A stretch of 26,941 nucleotides of DNA from Nanohaloarchaea archaeon B1-Br10_U2g21 (GCA_001563915.1 LKMP01000012.1:1-26941); one strand, 5' to 3'; positions 7,907 through 17,076 are shown, counted from the stretch's first letter. The notes: generated by a model not told the origin, from the letters alone. Translations and numbers: made by a program.

Positions 7907-8050
7907 TTTTTTCTGTGTTTGTGTTGATATGCGGTTTTTTTAGGTGTAAAACGGATATTAGAAAAATAACTTGTGATTTCTACGTTTCTTTGTATACGAA
8001 TCTTTGTTCCCCTCCGTTTTAACCCGTGGGCCGGAATTCATGTTTAATTA

Positions 8051-8057
8051 TTATATA
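8051..8057 (-). promoter_or_regulatory. Candidate TATA box (TATATAA) for the surface-protein operon
   Basis: The plus strand reads ttatata. This would place the TSS near 8028, just before the inverted repeat arm at 8013-8021. Confidence 0.4.
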
Positions 8058-8169
8058 GTCTGGGTTGTTACTTTTTTCTGAACTTTTAGAGCTTATTTTT
8101 CCTTTTATTTGTTTTTCTATATTTTTGTGTATAGGTTCGTTTTTAAGATTTCTCGTTCCGGTGGTCGAT

Positions 8170-8631
8170 ATGGGCGATGGACTGGATTTTCCTGCGTTAG
8201 AAGAAGATAGAGAAGAGTTAGAGTCTTTGATAGATGAAAATGAGTATGGAGAGGTTGCAGAATGGTATGATGAGAATATTGGAGTAGAAGAAGAGATTTT
8301 AACGGATGATTTATCTGAAGAGTACCCTCTTTTTGAGGATGTGAAGCAAGTGCATGACTCCTATATCGAAGGCCTTGATACTGAGAGAGGACGCTGGTTG
8401 CATTGGTCTTGGATAAGTTCTTTTGGAGTTGCAGGAGGACTGACTGGCAGAGAGGCGTTTTACTCTGCTTTTGATAGCGGTGCAGAGTATGGTCCTGATG
8501 CAGTTGAACTAGCACAGGAAAATCTGTCCGGTACGCCGGAAGCCGGAGCCCTGGTGGGCAGCAGTTTGGCAAGCGCATATTTAGGGCACAAGCTGTATAA
8601 GCAGGCGCGAAAAGGGAGAAGAAACAATTGA
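8170..8631 (+). CDS. Hypothetical acidic protein with two Gly/Ala-rich hydrophobic segments and a basic tail
   Basis: ATG 8170 follows ggtggt. The extension to 8065 is T-rich sequence that looks intergenic. Confidence 0.6.
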   Translation: MGDGLDFPALEEDREELESLIDENEYGEVAEWYDENIGVEEEILTDDLSEEYPLFEDVKQVHDSYIEGLDTERGRWLHWSWISSFGVAGGLTGREAFYSAFDSGAEYGPDAVELAQENLSGTPEAGALVGSSLASAYLGHKLYKQARKGRRNN

Positions 8632-8692
8632 TGTTTCTAAGTTAGCAAAAATTAGGGAAGATCAAAAACTCTTTGGCCCCTACTGTGTTTGT

Positions 8693-11600
8693 ATGAAGGT
8701 TGAAAATCTTGAACTGGATGAAAGACTGAAGCAGGACTACATTAATTCAGGCATAGTTGAGTTAAATCCTCCTCAGCAGCAGGCAGTAGAGAAAGGTCTT
8801 CTTGAAGGCGAGGACTTGATTGTGGCATCGCCGACCGCTTCTGGTAAGACTTTTATCGCAGAGCTAGGGCTCTCTAAGAAGACTGTCGAACAGGGAAAGA
8901 AGACAGTTTATATTGTTCCTTTGAAGGCTTTAGCATCGGAAAAGTACCATGATTTCTCTGAGCGTTATAGCGATTTGAACGTGAATATGAGTGTTGGTAA
9001 CAGCGATGATGCTGGAGAATACTTAGACAACTCAGACATTGTGATTGTGACCTCAGAAAAGATGGATTCGATGCTTCGGCATAATCCTAGCTGGATACAT
9101 GACATAGGTCTCGTAGTCGTTGATGAAATTCATTTACTGACTTCTGAGAACCGAGGACCTACTTTAGAAGTAACATTAACGCGTTTACGAGAACTCCTAG
9201 ACTTCCAATTGTTAGGCCTGTCAGCAACAATCAGTAATGCCGGCGAAATGGCGGAGTGGCTAGACTGCAAACTGGTAAAATCCGATTACAGGCCTGTCGA
9301 ACTGAAGCACGGAGTTTACTGGGGTAACGAGGTAGAGTTCTTCAGCGGAGATGAAGAAGTTGATTCGGAAACTGAAAGTCCTGATGGTTGGAGTACAGGA
9401 GCCGAATTAAAAGACGAGAACGACGTGGATTCTGAGACTCTTAAAGTGGATCACGGTGAGAGCCGAGGAACCTTAAATCTGTTAATAGACACATTAGAAC
9501 AGGACAAACAGGCCATCATCTTCTGCAACTCTAGAAAAGGCGCAGAAAAAGAATCAGACAGAGCAGGTAGAATAACAAAAGAATATCTCTCCAGAGAAGA
9601 GAAAAAAGACTTAGAAGCATATGCCGAAGATATAATTACGGAACTAGGCTCTCCAACATCCCAGTGTAAGCGTTTAGCAAAAAACATGGAGAAAGGCTCA
9701 GCATTTCACCACGCCGGAATTTTACCGGGCCAGAGAAAGGTTGTAGAGGAAGCTTTCAGGAAAGGCCTTATTCAATCTGTCTCTGCTACGCCCACACTTT
9801 GTTTATCAGGAGATACCGAAATCTGGACGGATGGCGAAAATAGAAAAGTTAAGGATCTTTCTCAATCGGATAACGTTCTGACATTACAATGTGATGATTC
9901 ATTGGAAGGTTTAAGACCTGAAAAAGTAGTTGAAAACTTGAATACTTCTAAATTAATCAGAATAGAGTCAGTCAGCGGAAGATCTATCAAAGTTACGCCA
10001 AACCACGATATACTCATAAAAAGAGATAATAAACGAAAAATTCTGCCTGCTAAAGACCTACAGAGCTCAGACAAAATAGCAACTGTTGGAAAAATCTCAC
10101 TATCTAAACATAACAAACCACGTATGAGCGACTTCGTTGAGCATAATGATTTACCAGTTATTGACCGCGTCTTAGATAAAGAGGATTTCTTCTTCATCGG
10201 AGCTATGCTAGGAGACGGTTATTCTGGAGCAGAATCTCGGAACAACTCCATTAAATACAAAGGGAGTGCCGACTTTGCTAACAGCAATAAATATATTTTG
10301 AATCGCGTAGAGAAATACTGCAAGTCTCTAGACCTGAATCCAAGATTACGGAAATCATCTACAACCGATCATGTAATAATATCAAAACATGAGTGGTTTA
10401 GAGAATTTCTACTTAATACTGGAGTTGAGAAAGGCGAGAACAAGTATATCTCTTCTGAATTACTGAGCGCAGATAAAGATAAGATTAGGGCCTTACTGCA
10501 AGGTTTGTTTGATACTGATGGTTGGATAAATTCGAGTAAATGTATAGGAATTTCAAGTATTTCAAAGCAGTTGATTAAAGATATTCAAAAACTCCTTCTG
10601 CGGTTCGGAATAGTTTCTAGAGTTAGAGAACGGAAAGGCCGTAAAACTAACTTTGATGACCGAGATAACTTTGAAACTAAGAAATGTTATGAACTAACCA
10701 TAAAGCAGAGTAAATGCATAAGACGGTTCTCAAGAAAAGTGGGATTTACAATAGAGCATAAGAATAACTCATTGAGAAATCTGGTTGCCGAAAATACTAC
10801 CATTCATTACAAGGAATGCTGTGAATGCAACTATAGAATCTATAGCACATTATTCTCTGGAAGAACCACGGATCAGAGAAAATGGGCTCAACAGAAGAGA
10901 GACATCATTAATTTTCTGGGAGAAAACGGCGAAACAGGATCTAATAAACTCAAAGATGATTTAGGATTCCCGCCGAGAAAAAACGAAACTCGTCTTAACC
11001 ACCATTATCAGCTTATTAGCAAAAGGAAAATAGGCGAAATAAGCCCTACAGAATGGTTCTGGAGTCTAAATGACATTGGAGAATGGATACATCAAAATAT
11101 TATCAAAAAACAAAGAGACCTTAATTACTTCCTATATAGAGGAAATTGTCCTATTTGCAAGAATAGTTTGGAAACTAAATATAGAGAAAAACACAGATCA
11201 AAAGACTTTGAACAAGACATTTTCTGGGATAAAATCAGAACAGTAACTCAAACAAAGAGAGAAGAAAAAGTATATGATGTGGTCCTCCCCCAAGAACCAG
11301 AAAACCAGCACTTATTCGCAGCAAATGGATTTCTAGTACATAACTCTGCAGGAATTAACATGCCCGCCTACCGAGTAATAAATCGCGATCTAAAACGTTA
11401 TACTGGTAGTGGCATGGATTTTATACCTGTATTAGAATATGAACAGATGTCGGGACGCGCTGGAAGGCCTAAATATGATGACTGTGGAGAGGCTATCTCG
11501 ATTGCGAAACAGCCCGGTATGAAGCAAGATATACTTGAGAGATATATTCTTGGCGATGCTGAGCGTATTCAATCTAAGCTTAACGTTGAGCCTGTGCTGC

Positions 11601-12481
11601 GTATGCATACATTGGCTTTAATTGCTTCAAAGTTCTGTGGCTCAATGGACGAATTGCAGAGTTTTTATGAGAAGACTTTTTACGCATATCAGTTCGGTAA
11701 TTTGTCAAGCGTTGAGGAAAAGATCGAGAAAGTTGTCAAGACGCTAGAAGAGTATGGTTTTGTTGATGTTGAGAGTTTTGAGGCCTCTAAAATAGGTAGA
11801 AAAGTGAGCGATTTGTATATTGACCCTGATTCTGCTTATCATATGATTCAGTGTTTGGAACGTGCTGAGGGTAGCGAGACTCGAGATATTTCATACTTGT
11901 TTATGTTGTCAAGAACTTCCGAGATCCGTTCTTTGAACGTGAAGAATAAGGAGTTGTCTGACTACGATAAGATGTTAATGGACGCTGAACCGTATTTGTT
12001 GGAGTCTGTACCTGAGGAGTGGGATATTGAGTATGAGAAGTTTGTGAGTTGTATGAAAACTGCTATGATGATGAATGCTTGGGCTTCGGAGATGAATGAG
12101 GAACGGATCATGAATGAGTTCGGTACTGCTCCTGGAGGCATTAGAGCAAAGATGCAGAATGCTGACTGGCTTCTCTATTCTTGTAAGGAATTAGCACGTA
12201 TGAAAGATCTTGAAGTCGACAAAGATTTAGAGAGGTTAAGAATTCGTTTAAAGCATGGAATAAAGGAGGAATTGTTGACTTTGGTTAAATATGATCAGAT
12301 AGGCCGTGTCAGAGCCAGAAAATTGTATGATTCTGGAATTAGAAATCAACGCGACATAAAAGATGTTAATTTTGAGAAGTTGAAGAAGCTGATAGGAAAA
12401 TCTACTGCTGGAAAATTAAAGGAGCAAGTCGGTCAGGAGAATTATTTTGACCGCGAAAACATAATGGATTATTTTGATTAG
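8693..12481 (+). CDS. hel308: Ski2-like SF2 DNA helicase Hel308 (Hjm), intein-containing precursor; spliced product about 747 aa
   Basis: Q motif LNPPQ, SPTASGKT, VPLKALASEK, DEIH, LSAT, AFHHAG, motif V ATPTL|SAGIN split by the intein, QMSGRAGRP, HhH IGRVRARKLY, and PIP-like C-terminus RENIMDYF. Confidence 0.95.
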   Translation: MKVENLELDERLKQDYINSGIVELNPPQQQAVEKGLLEGEDLIVASPTASGKTFIAELGLSKKTVEQGKKTVYIVPLKALASEKYHDFSERYSDLNVNMSVGNSDDAGEYLDNSDIVIVTSEKMDSMLRHNPSWIHDIGLVVVDEIHLLTSENRGPTLEVTLTRLRELLDFQLLGLSATISNAGEMAEWLDCKLVKSDYRPVELKHGVYWGNEVEFFSGDEEVDSETESPDGWSTGAELKDENDVDSETLKVDHGESRGTLNLLIDTLEQDKQAIIFCNSRKGAEKESDRAGRITKEYLSREEKKDLEAYAEDIITELGSPTSQCKRLAKNMEKGSAFHHAGILPGQRKVVEEAFRKGLIQSVSATPTLCLSGDTEIWTDGENRKVKDLSQSDNVLTLQCDDSLEGLRPEKVVENLNTSKLIRIESVSGRSIKVTPNHDILIKRDNKRKILPAKDLQSSDKIATVGKISLSKHNKPRMSDFVEHNDLPVIDRVLDKEDFFFIGAMLGDGYSGAESRNNSIKYKGSADFANSNKYILNRVEKYCKSLDLNPRLRKSSTTDHVIISKHEWFREFLLNTGVEKGENKYISSELLSADKDKIRALLQGLFDTDGWINSSKCIGISSISKQLIKDIQKLLLRFGIVSRVRERKGRKTNFDDRDNFETKKCYELTIKQSKCIRRFSRKVGFTIEHKNNSLRNLVAENTTIHYKECCECNYRIYSTLFSGRTTDQRKWAQQKRDIINFLGENGETGSNKLKDDLGFPPRKNETRLNHHYQLISKRKIGEISPTEWFWSLNDIGEWIHQNIIKKQRDLNYFLYRGNCPICKNSLETKYREKHRSKDFEQDIFWDKIRTVTQTKREEKVYDVVLPQEPENQHLFAANGFLVHNSAGINMPAYRVINRDLKRYTGSGMDFIPVLEYEQMSGRAGRPKYDDCGEAISIAKQPGMKQDILERYILGDAERIQSKLNVEPVLRMHTLALIASKFCGSMDELQSFYEKTFYAYQFGNLSSVEEKIEKVVKTLEEYGFVDVESFEASKIGRKVSDLYIDPDSAYHMIQCLERAEGSETRDISYLFMLSRTSEIRSLNVKNKELSDYDKMLMDAEPYLLESVPEEWDIEYEKFVSCMKTAMMMNAWASEMNEERIMNEFGTAPGGIRAKMQNADWLLYSCKELARMKDLEVDKDLERLRIRLKHGIKEELLTLVKYDQIGRVRARKLYDSGIRNQRDIKDVNFEKLKKLIGKSTAGKLKEQVGQENYFDRENIMDYFD
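9800..11344 (+). mobile_element. Intein (515 aa) with LAGLIDADG homing endonuclease in Hel308 motif V
   Basis: Block A CLSGDTEI, block B VTPNH, LAGLIDADG helices IGAMLGDG and LQGLFDTDG, block F VYDV, block G ANGFLVHN followed by Ser+1. Removing it restores ATPTLSAGINMPA. Confidence 0.95.
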
Positions 12482-12544
12482 CTCCCAGAAAAAATTAATT
12501 CTGTTATTGAGACTAATAAAGACAGACATGGTTTCTCAAGACTC

Positions 12545-13414
12545 TCAGCCGTCTAAAGATGATATATCTATCTCTTTCTCCACTTTTTTGATAAGCTTCT
12601 CATCTCCAGCGAAGAAAGGCGACCTTTGATGGAGTTTATCAGCCTCAACTTCCAAGATTGATTTTTCTGTATCCGTGGATGCGCCGCCCGCCGCTTCTAC
12701 TATGTAAGCTATTGGATTACATTCGAAAAGCAGCCGATACTTTCCTTCAGGAGCATCAGTACGATGAGGATATCCGAAAAGACCTCCATGGTGCAAAGTC
12801 TGGTTAATATCTCCCACAAATGCTCCTCCATACCTTAACTTATACTCCTCCGAAATTTCGGATTCAAAGTCTCTGAAATCCTGAGCCCAGTTTTTATTCC
12901 CTCCAAAACCATATACCTTGGCTTTCGGCATACGAATATTTTCAGAGGCCTTATGCAACTCAATTTTATCTCCTGGTTTTTCTTCTATAACGTATTCATC
13001 TACTTCGCCATCTCTTGCAACAGTTAGCGTGGTTAGCGGCCCGTAAAGTATGTAGAATGCTGCCACCAGGTTTTTTCCTTTGCATGGTAGTTCCTCATCA
13101 TATATCCCGACAATTGTTCCGACCAAGTTGTTTGTAGGTATGTTTGAAGAGCCATCTAGCGGATCAATCGCAACCGATAAACCTTCCCCACAGTCGGTTA
13201 CCTGTTCCTCTTCTTCTGATGCGAATTCTCCTACACCTTTAACTGATGTTACAAGCTGTTTCAACAATTCATTAGCCCATATATCAGCTTCAAGCTGTTT
13301 TTCATCGCTAGGATTCTCGTTGCCGACGTATTCGCGTCTCTTCTTGAGGCCAGAGGAAATGTGAGGCGCAGCCTCCGCAACCTGCCTTATGACCTCATCT
13401 ATTATATCATTCAT
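12545..13414 (-). CDS. fbp: Fructose-1,6-bisphosphatase class I
   Basis: ASEEE, IDPLDGSSN, LRYGGAFVGD, GKYRLLFECNP, LHQRSPFFAG. Confidence 0.93.
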   Translation of the reverse strand: MNDIIDEVIRQVAEAAPHISSGLKKRREYVGNENPSDEKQLEADIWANELLKQLVTSVKGVGEFASEEEEQVTDCGEGLSVAIDPLDGSSNIPTNNLVGTIVGIYDEELPCKGKNLVAAFYILYGPLTTLTVARDGEVDEYVIEEKPGDKIELHKASENIRMPKAKVYGFGGNKNWAQDFRDFESEISEEYKLRYGGAFVGDINQTLHHGGLFGYPHRTDAPEGKYRLLFECNPIAYIVEAAGGASTDTEKSILEVEADKLHQRSPFFAGDEKLIKKVEKEIDISSLDG

Positions 13415-14189
13415 AAAGTACTTCTTCTAATCTATCAAGGATTTCGGTCGGATCTTCTCTCTGGAAGATGTTTCTTCCTACTGCAAGGCCGTTCCCTCCA
13501 GCATCAATAGTGTTCTGAACATCTTCAAGGAATTCATCATCGCTCCTTTTTGAGCCTCCAGACATTACAAACTTCATCTTTCCAGTCACATCAAGCACTT
13601 TTTCTGTTTCTTCTCTAGAACCAGGATATTTACATTTCACAACATCAGCGCCAAGTTCCAGACCGAGACGGGCAGCATAGGCTATAACATCTGTGTCAGT
13701 GTCTCCGCTGTAATCAGAGTTCTCTTCTATTCCACGACCTCTCGGATATGCCCACATAACTACAGGCACCCCGTATCTACGCGCCTCTTCCTGTACTTCT
13801 CTGAAGTCCTGCCACATTCGATCTTCATAATCACTTCCAGCATACATAGTATAACCTACAGCAGATGCGCCTAACTCTTCCACCGCATACTGAACGCTAC
13901 ACTGTTTCGGAGAGTAATAGTCTTTAGGATCTCTTAAATTAGAATTACCGTTTAACTTAACCAATAATGGCACATCATCACTGTATTCAGAATAATAGGC
14001 CTCCGCAATCCCTTTCTGAACCGCGATAGCAGTAACTGCATCGTGTTTCGCCACCTCAAAAACATTTTTTGGATCAGCGCTATCAGGATTAGGTTCAAAA
14101 TCAACAGGCCCATGCTCGGTACCATGATCATAAGCCAAAATTAAGAGATTTCCATTTCGGTAAATCGGAGAATCAGAGTATTCTTTCAT
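13407..14189 (-). CDS. fba: Class I fructose-bisphosphate aldolase (DhnA/FbaB archaeal type)
   Basis: LAYDHGTEHGP, VKLNG, WAYPRG, Schiff-base ELGADVVKCKY, SGGSK, GLAVGRNIFQ. Overlaps fbp by 8 nt. Confidence 0.92.
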   Translation of the reverse strand: MKEYSDSPIYRNGNLLILAYDHGTEHGPVDFEPNPDSADPKNVFEVAKHDAVTAIAVQKGIAEAYYSEYSDDVPLLVKLNGNSNLRDPKDYYSPKQCSVQYAVEELGASAVGYTMYAGSDYEDRMWQDFREVQEEARRYGVPVVMWAYPRGRGIEENSDYSGDTDTDVIAYAARLGLELGADVVKCKYPGSREETEKVLDVTGKMKFVMSGGSKRSDDEFLEDVQNTIDAGGNGLAVGRNIFQREDPTEILDRLEEVLYE

Positions 14190-14261
14190 AATACAAAGTA
14201 TTACGATTTACTTAGATTTTAAACTAACGGCTCACAAAATTCTGATAATTCCAGAAAACTG

Positions 14262-15350
14262 TTATCGACCATTCTGATAAATTACTTTAACTTCGTCTTC
14301 AGATAGAGCCCTGTCATAAAGGACGGGGCTACTTATCGTTCCCTCAAAATTTGCAGTAGCTCCTTCAGACGTATGGAACGAACCAACTGCTTCAACTCGT
14401 AATCGCGGCACACTAATACCAAGTTCTTCGCTCTCTCGTTTTTCACCATTAACATAAAGTGTACTTACATCCCCATCATAAGATCCCATGATATGATGCC
14501 AATCGCCATCATTTACTAAGACTTCAGAAGTAGTTACATGATTCCATGTATCTCCATCATGAAATGTAGTCTGTGCTCCATCATCCCTAGTTCTTAAATA
14601 AAAAGATCTTCTACTTGATCCGCTTGCAATTATGTGCTGTGTTTTTTCACTATTCGTCTTCACCCATGCCCCAATAGTTATCTGTCCTGACCAGCCATCA
14701 CCAGTAGAATAATAATTTTCTTGGATTCCCACCCACTCATCATCTCCATTAAAACTCAGTCCATCACCAAGATTACTCTCATCAAACTCTGGTTCCCCTA
14801 CTATCTGACCATGATTTTGATTACCTGACAAATCAAAAATTTTATCGTCCCCTACATAGTCAGGATCTAAATACCAATATCCTAGCAAATCATCTAACAA
14901 TATTTCTTTACCCTCAAAATTATTTGAAATATCTAAGCGTCCTTGAACCTGTCCTTCAGACGTTAAACCCTTTAAATTTCCTGAATCATAACGAATTTCT
15001 ACGTCTAGCTGTTCGTTCTCATCAGATGGCCTGGTCCCAGGCAACGAAACAACATTATGCTCATTTAAATTTTGATTCATAGTATAAGTAACATTTTCGA
15101 CTTCTGAACTGCTTAAAGTAATATTGTTTATTTTTGTTTGTCCAATAGAGTCTTGCACTACAAACTGCAGGCCTTTGCCCTCAGCCACACTAAAATCTTG
15201 GACATTAAAATGACTAGATTCAAAACCTGTAACTGATTCTATATTTTGACCAGAGACTATAGAGAATATTGCTTCTCCAGCGATTGCTACAACAAGAAGC
15301 ATCCAACCATAAGTCATGAGGTATTCGATGGCAGACTGTGCCTTCATCAT
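14262..15350 (-). CDS. Class III signal peptide (type IV pilin-like) protein with C-terminal LamG/ConA-like domain
   Basis: MMKA|QSAIEYLMTYGWMLLVVA with E+5; LamG marks GYWYLD, DLSGNQNHG, FNGDDEWV, WHHIMGSYDG, LYVNG, YDRALSEDEV. Confidence 0.88.
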   Translation of the reverse strand: MMKAQSAIEYLMTYGWMLLVVAIAGEAIFSIVSGQNIESVTGFESSHFNVQDFSVAEGKGLQFVVQDSIGQTKINNITLSSSEVENVTYTMNQNLNEHNVVSLPGTRPSDENEQLDVEIRYDSGNLKGLTSEGQVQGRLDISNNFEGKEILLDDLLGYWYLDPDYVGDDKIFDLSGNQNHGQIVGEPEFDESNLGDGLSFNGDDEWVGIQENYYSTGDGWSGQITIGAWVKTNSEKTQHIIASGSSRRSFYLRTRDDGAQTTFHDGDTWNHVTTSEVLVNDGDWHHIMGSYDGDVSTLYVNGEKRESEELGISVPRLRVEAVGSFHTSEGATANFEGTISSPVLYDRALSEDEVKVIYQNGR

Positions 15351-16477
15351 GTTACCCCCGTAGATTCATACAAAAAATTTATCTCATTTTCGGATAAAGC
15401 TCTGTCATATATGTAGACTTCCTCTATAATCCCGTCCCAGCCATAATAACTGTTCCCGCTACCAGAGTGTCCAAACCTCCGATAAGGCATTCTTTCACCA
15501 TAATCTTCTATACTTTCTTCTCCGATAAAACTACTATTTTCATATACTCTCAGTACTTCATCATCAATAGTCCATGCTAACTGAAAAGGATTGCCATTTG
15601 GCCAAGACATGTCATCATGAGCTGTTCTTACATCATCACCGCTCTCAAGCCTATATCGAAATCTTTCTCCCTCTGTTCCACTACTAGAGGAGAAATAAAT
15701 AGTTCCACTAGTAGATGGATCGCCAAAGGGAGATATAAACCGAGAACCTCCTTCAGGATTTTCTGTCTGTTCACCGCCATCCCACCTCATCCATGTAACC
15801 ACAGTATACTCAGAATCGGGTTTTATCGTGCTGATTTCAAATGAATTAGTTTCTTCAAACCCAGAAAAGCCTCTAGTATGGAATCGCAGCGACTTTTCAT
15901 TAATATGCCCTTCAACAAAATCATTTCCATTACTTAACTGACCGTGATTATCGTTCAACGTCAAGTCATGTACCTTATCTTCCTCAGTATAGGTCTTTGA
16001 AGTACTCCAGTATCCTTTTAATCCGTTTAAAATAAGGGTTCTCTCTTCAAAAGAATCATCAATTTCTAATTCTCCTGCTAATCGGCCCGAAGTGGTAATA
16101 TTTTCTAAATTACCTGAATCATAGTTTATATCTATTTGTAATTCTCTTCCATTATCTGAAGGGATTATGCCTGGTAAATTAACAATCTCTTCTCCATCAG
16201 GATCTTGATTAAGTAAATATGTGATATTTCCTGAGTCTAAATCGTTTACTTTTATTTCTGCGACAGATACTTGTCCTACAGGATCTCCTATAGAGAAGAT
16301 TAAACCATCTTCTTTTGAGACTCCAAAGTCCTGGATAGTAATATGGCCTGAGTCAAAACCTGTAACAGATTCTATGTGCTGATCGCCTATCATTGAGAAT
16401 ACAGCGCCACCTACCACCGCAACGACCAACAGCATCCAGCCATACGTCATCAAATACTCAATCGCAGACTGCGCCTT
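15347..16477 (-). CDS. Paralogous class III signal peptide LamG protein; true start unresolved
   Basis: In-frame KAQSAIEYL lies upstream of the called TTG at 16453 (K codon at 16477-16475), but no in-frame ATG/GTG/TTG precedes it. GYW..DLTLNDNHG..YDRALSENEI. Confidence 0.8.
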   Translation of the reverse strand, partial: KAQSAIEYLMTYGWMLLVVAVVGGAVFSMIGDQHIESVTGFDSGHITIQDFGVSKEDGLIFSIGDPVGQVSVAEIKVNDLDSGNITYLLNQDPDGEEIVNLPGIIPSDNGRELQIDINYDSGNLENITTSGRLAGELEIDDSFEERTLILNGLKGYWSTSKTYTEEDKVHDLTLNDNHGQLSNGNDFVEGHINEKSLRFHTRGFSGFEETNSFEISTIKPDSEYTVVTWMRWDGGEQTENPEGGSRFISPFGDPSTSGTIYFSSSSGTEGERFRYRLESGDDVRTAHDDMSWPNGNPFQLAWTIDDEVLRVYENSSFIGEESIEDYGERMPYRRFGHSGSGNSYYGWDGIIEEVYIYDRALSENEINFLYESTGVT

Positions 16478-16521
16478 TAGAACATGTATAAGTCTATAAT
16501 ACTTAGAGTTTGATTTAAATT

Positions 16522-17076
16522 ATGGCCTTGACTGAATCCGATTCTGAACTTTCTGTAGGCGAAAATGCGCCAAGCTTTAAATTAGAAGACTTTGATGGGA
16601 AAAATGTACGCCTAGCCGATCTAGATAACTACGATGGAGTTCTAGTAGTATTCATGTGCAACCATTGTCCCTATGTCAAGACTCAAATGGACGAGTTTCG
16701 AAATCTAATAGAAGAGTTCTCAAGTATAGCCTTTGTAGGTATTAATCCTAATGCAAAGACACACCCTGATGACTCAATAGAAAAAATGTCGGAATTTGTA
16801 GAACAATACGATCTAGAAAAGCCTAACTTTTACTATTTGATTGATGAAGATCAACAGGTTGCTGCTAGCTACAATGCGGAATGTACTCCAGATCCTTTTT
16901 TACTGGACTGGAGACACCGACTGTATTATAAAGGCCGTTTAAATGATAAATTGGGTCCTGACGATGAAGCCACAGAACGCGAGATGAAAAATGTGATCAC
17001 TCGGATGCTGAAACGCAAAGACTCTCCTGAAAAACAGAAAGCTTCTCAGGGCTGTAGCATCAAGTGGAAAGATTAA
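16522..17076 (+). CDS. Thioredoxin-like AhpC/TSA-family redoxin
   Basis: APSFKL, FMCNHCPYV, AECTPDPFL, YKGRLND, C-terminal SQGCSIKWK. Confidence 0.9.
   Translation: MALTESDSELSVGENAPSFKLEDFDGKNVRLADLDNYDGVLVVFMCNHCPYVKTQMDEFRNLIEEFSSIAFVGINPNAKTHPDDSIEKMSEFVEQYDLEKPNFYYLIDEDQQVAASYNAECTPDPFLLDWRHRLYYKGRLNDKLGPDDEATEREMKNVITRMLKRKDSPEKQKASQGCSIKWKD

Noticed and set aside
8065-8169. Hydrophobic N-terminal extension of the 8631-ending ORF
   Set aside because: The F/L-rich translation comes from T-rich promoter-like DNA; ATG 8170 has an SD-like ggtggt.
12452-12478. C-terminal RENIMDYF of Hel308 as a novelty
   Set aside because: PIP-like C-termini are already described for Hel308/Hjm in other archaea.
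12482-12544. Inverted repeats between the convergent hel308 and fbp genes
   Set aside because: The stems are only 5-6 bp in AT-rich DNA and cannot be told apart from chance.
14262-16477. Diversity-generating retroelement targets
   Set aside because: No reverse transcriptase and no near-identical template repeat differing at adenines was seen.
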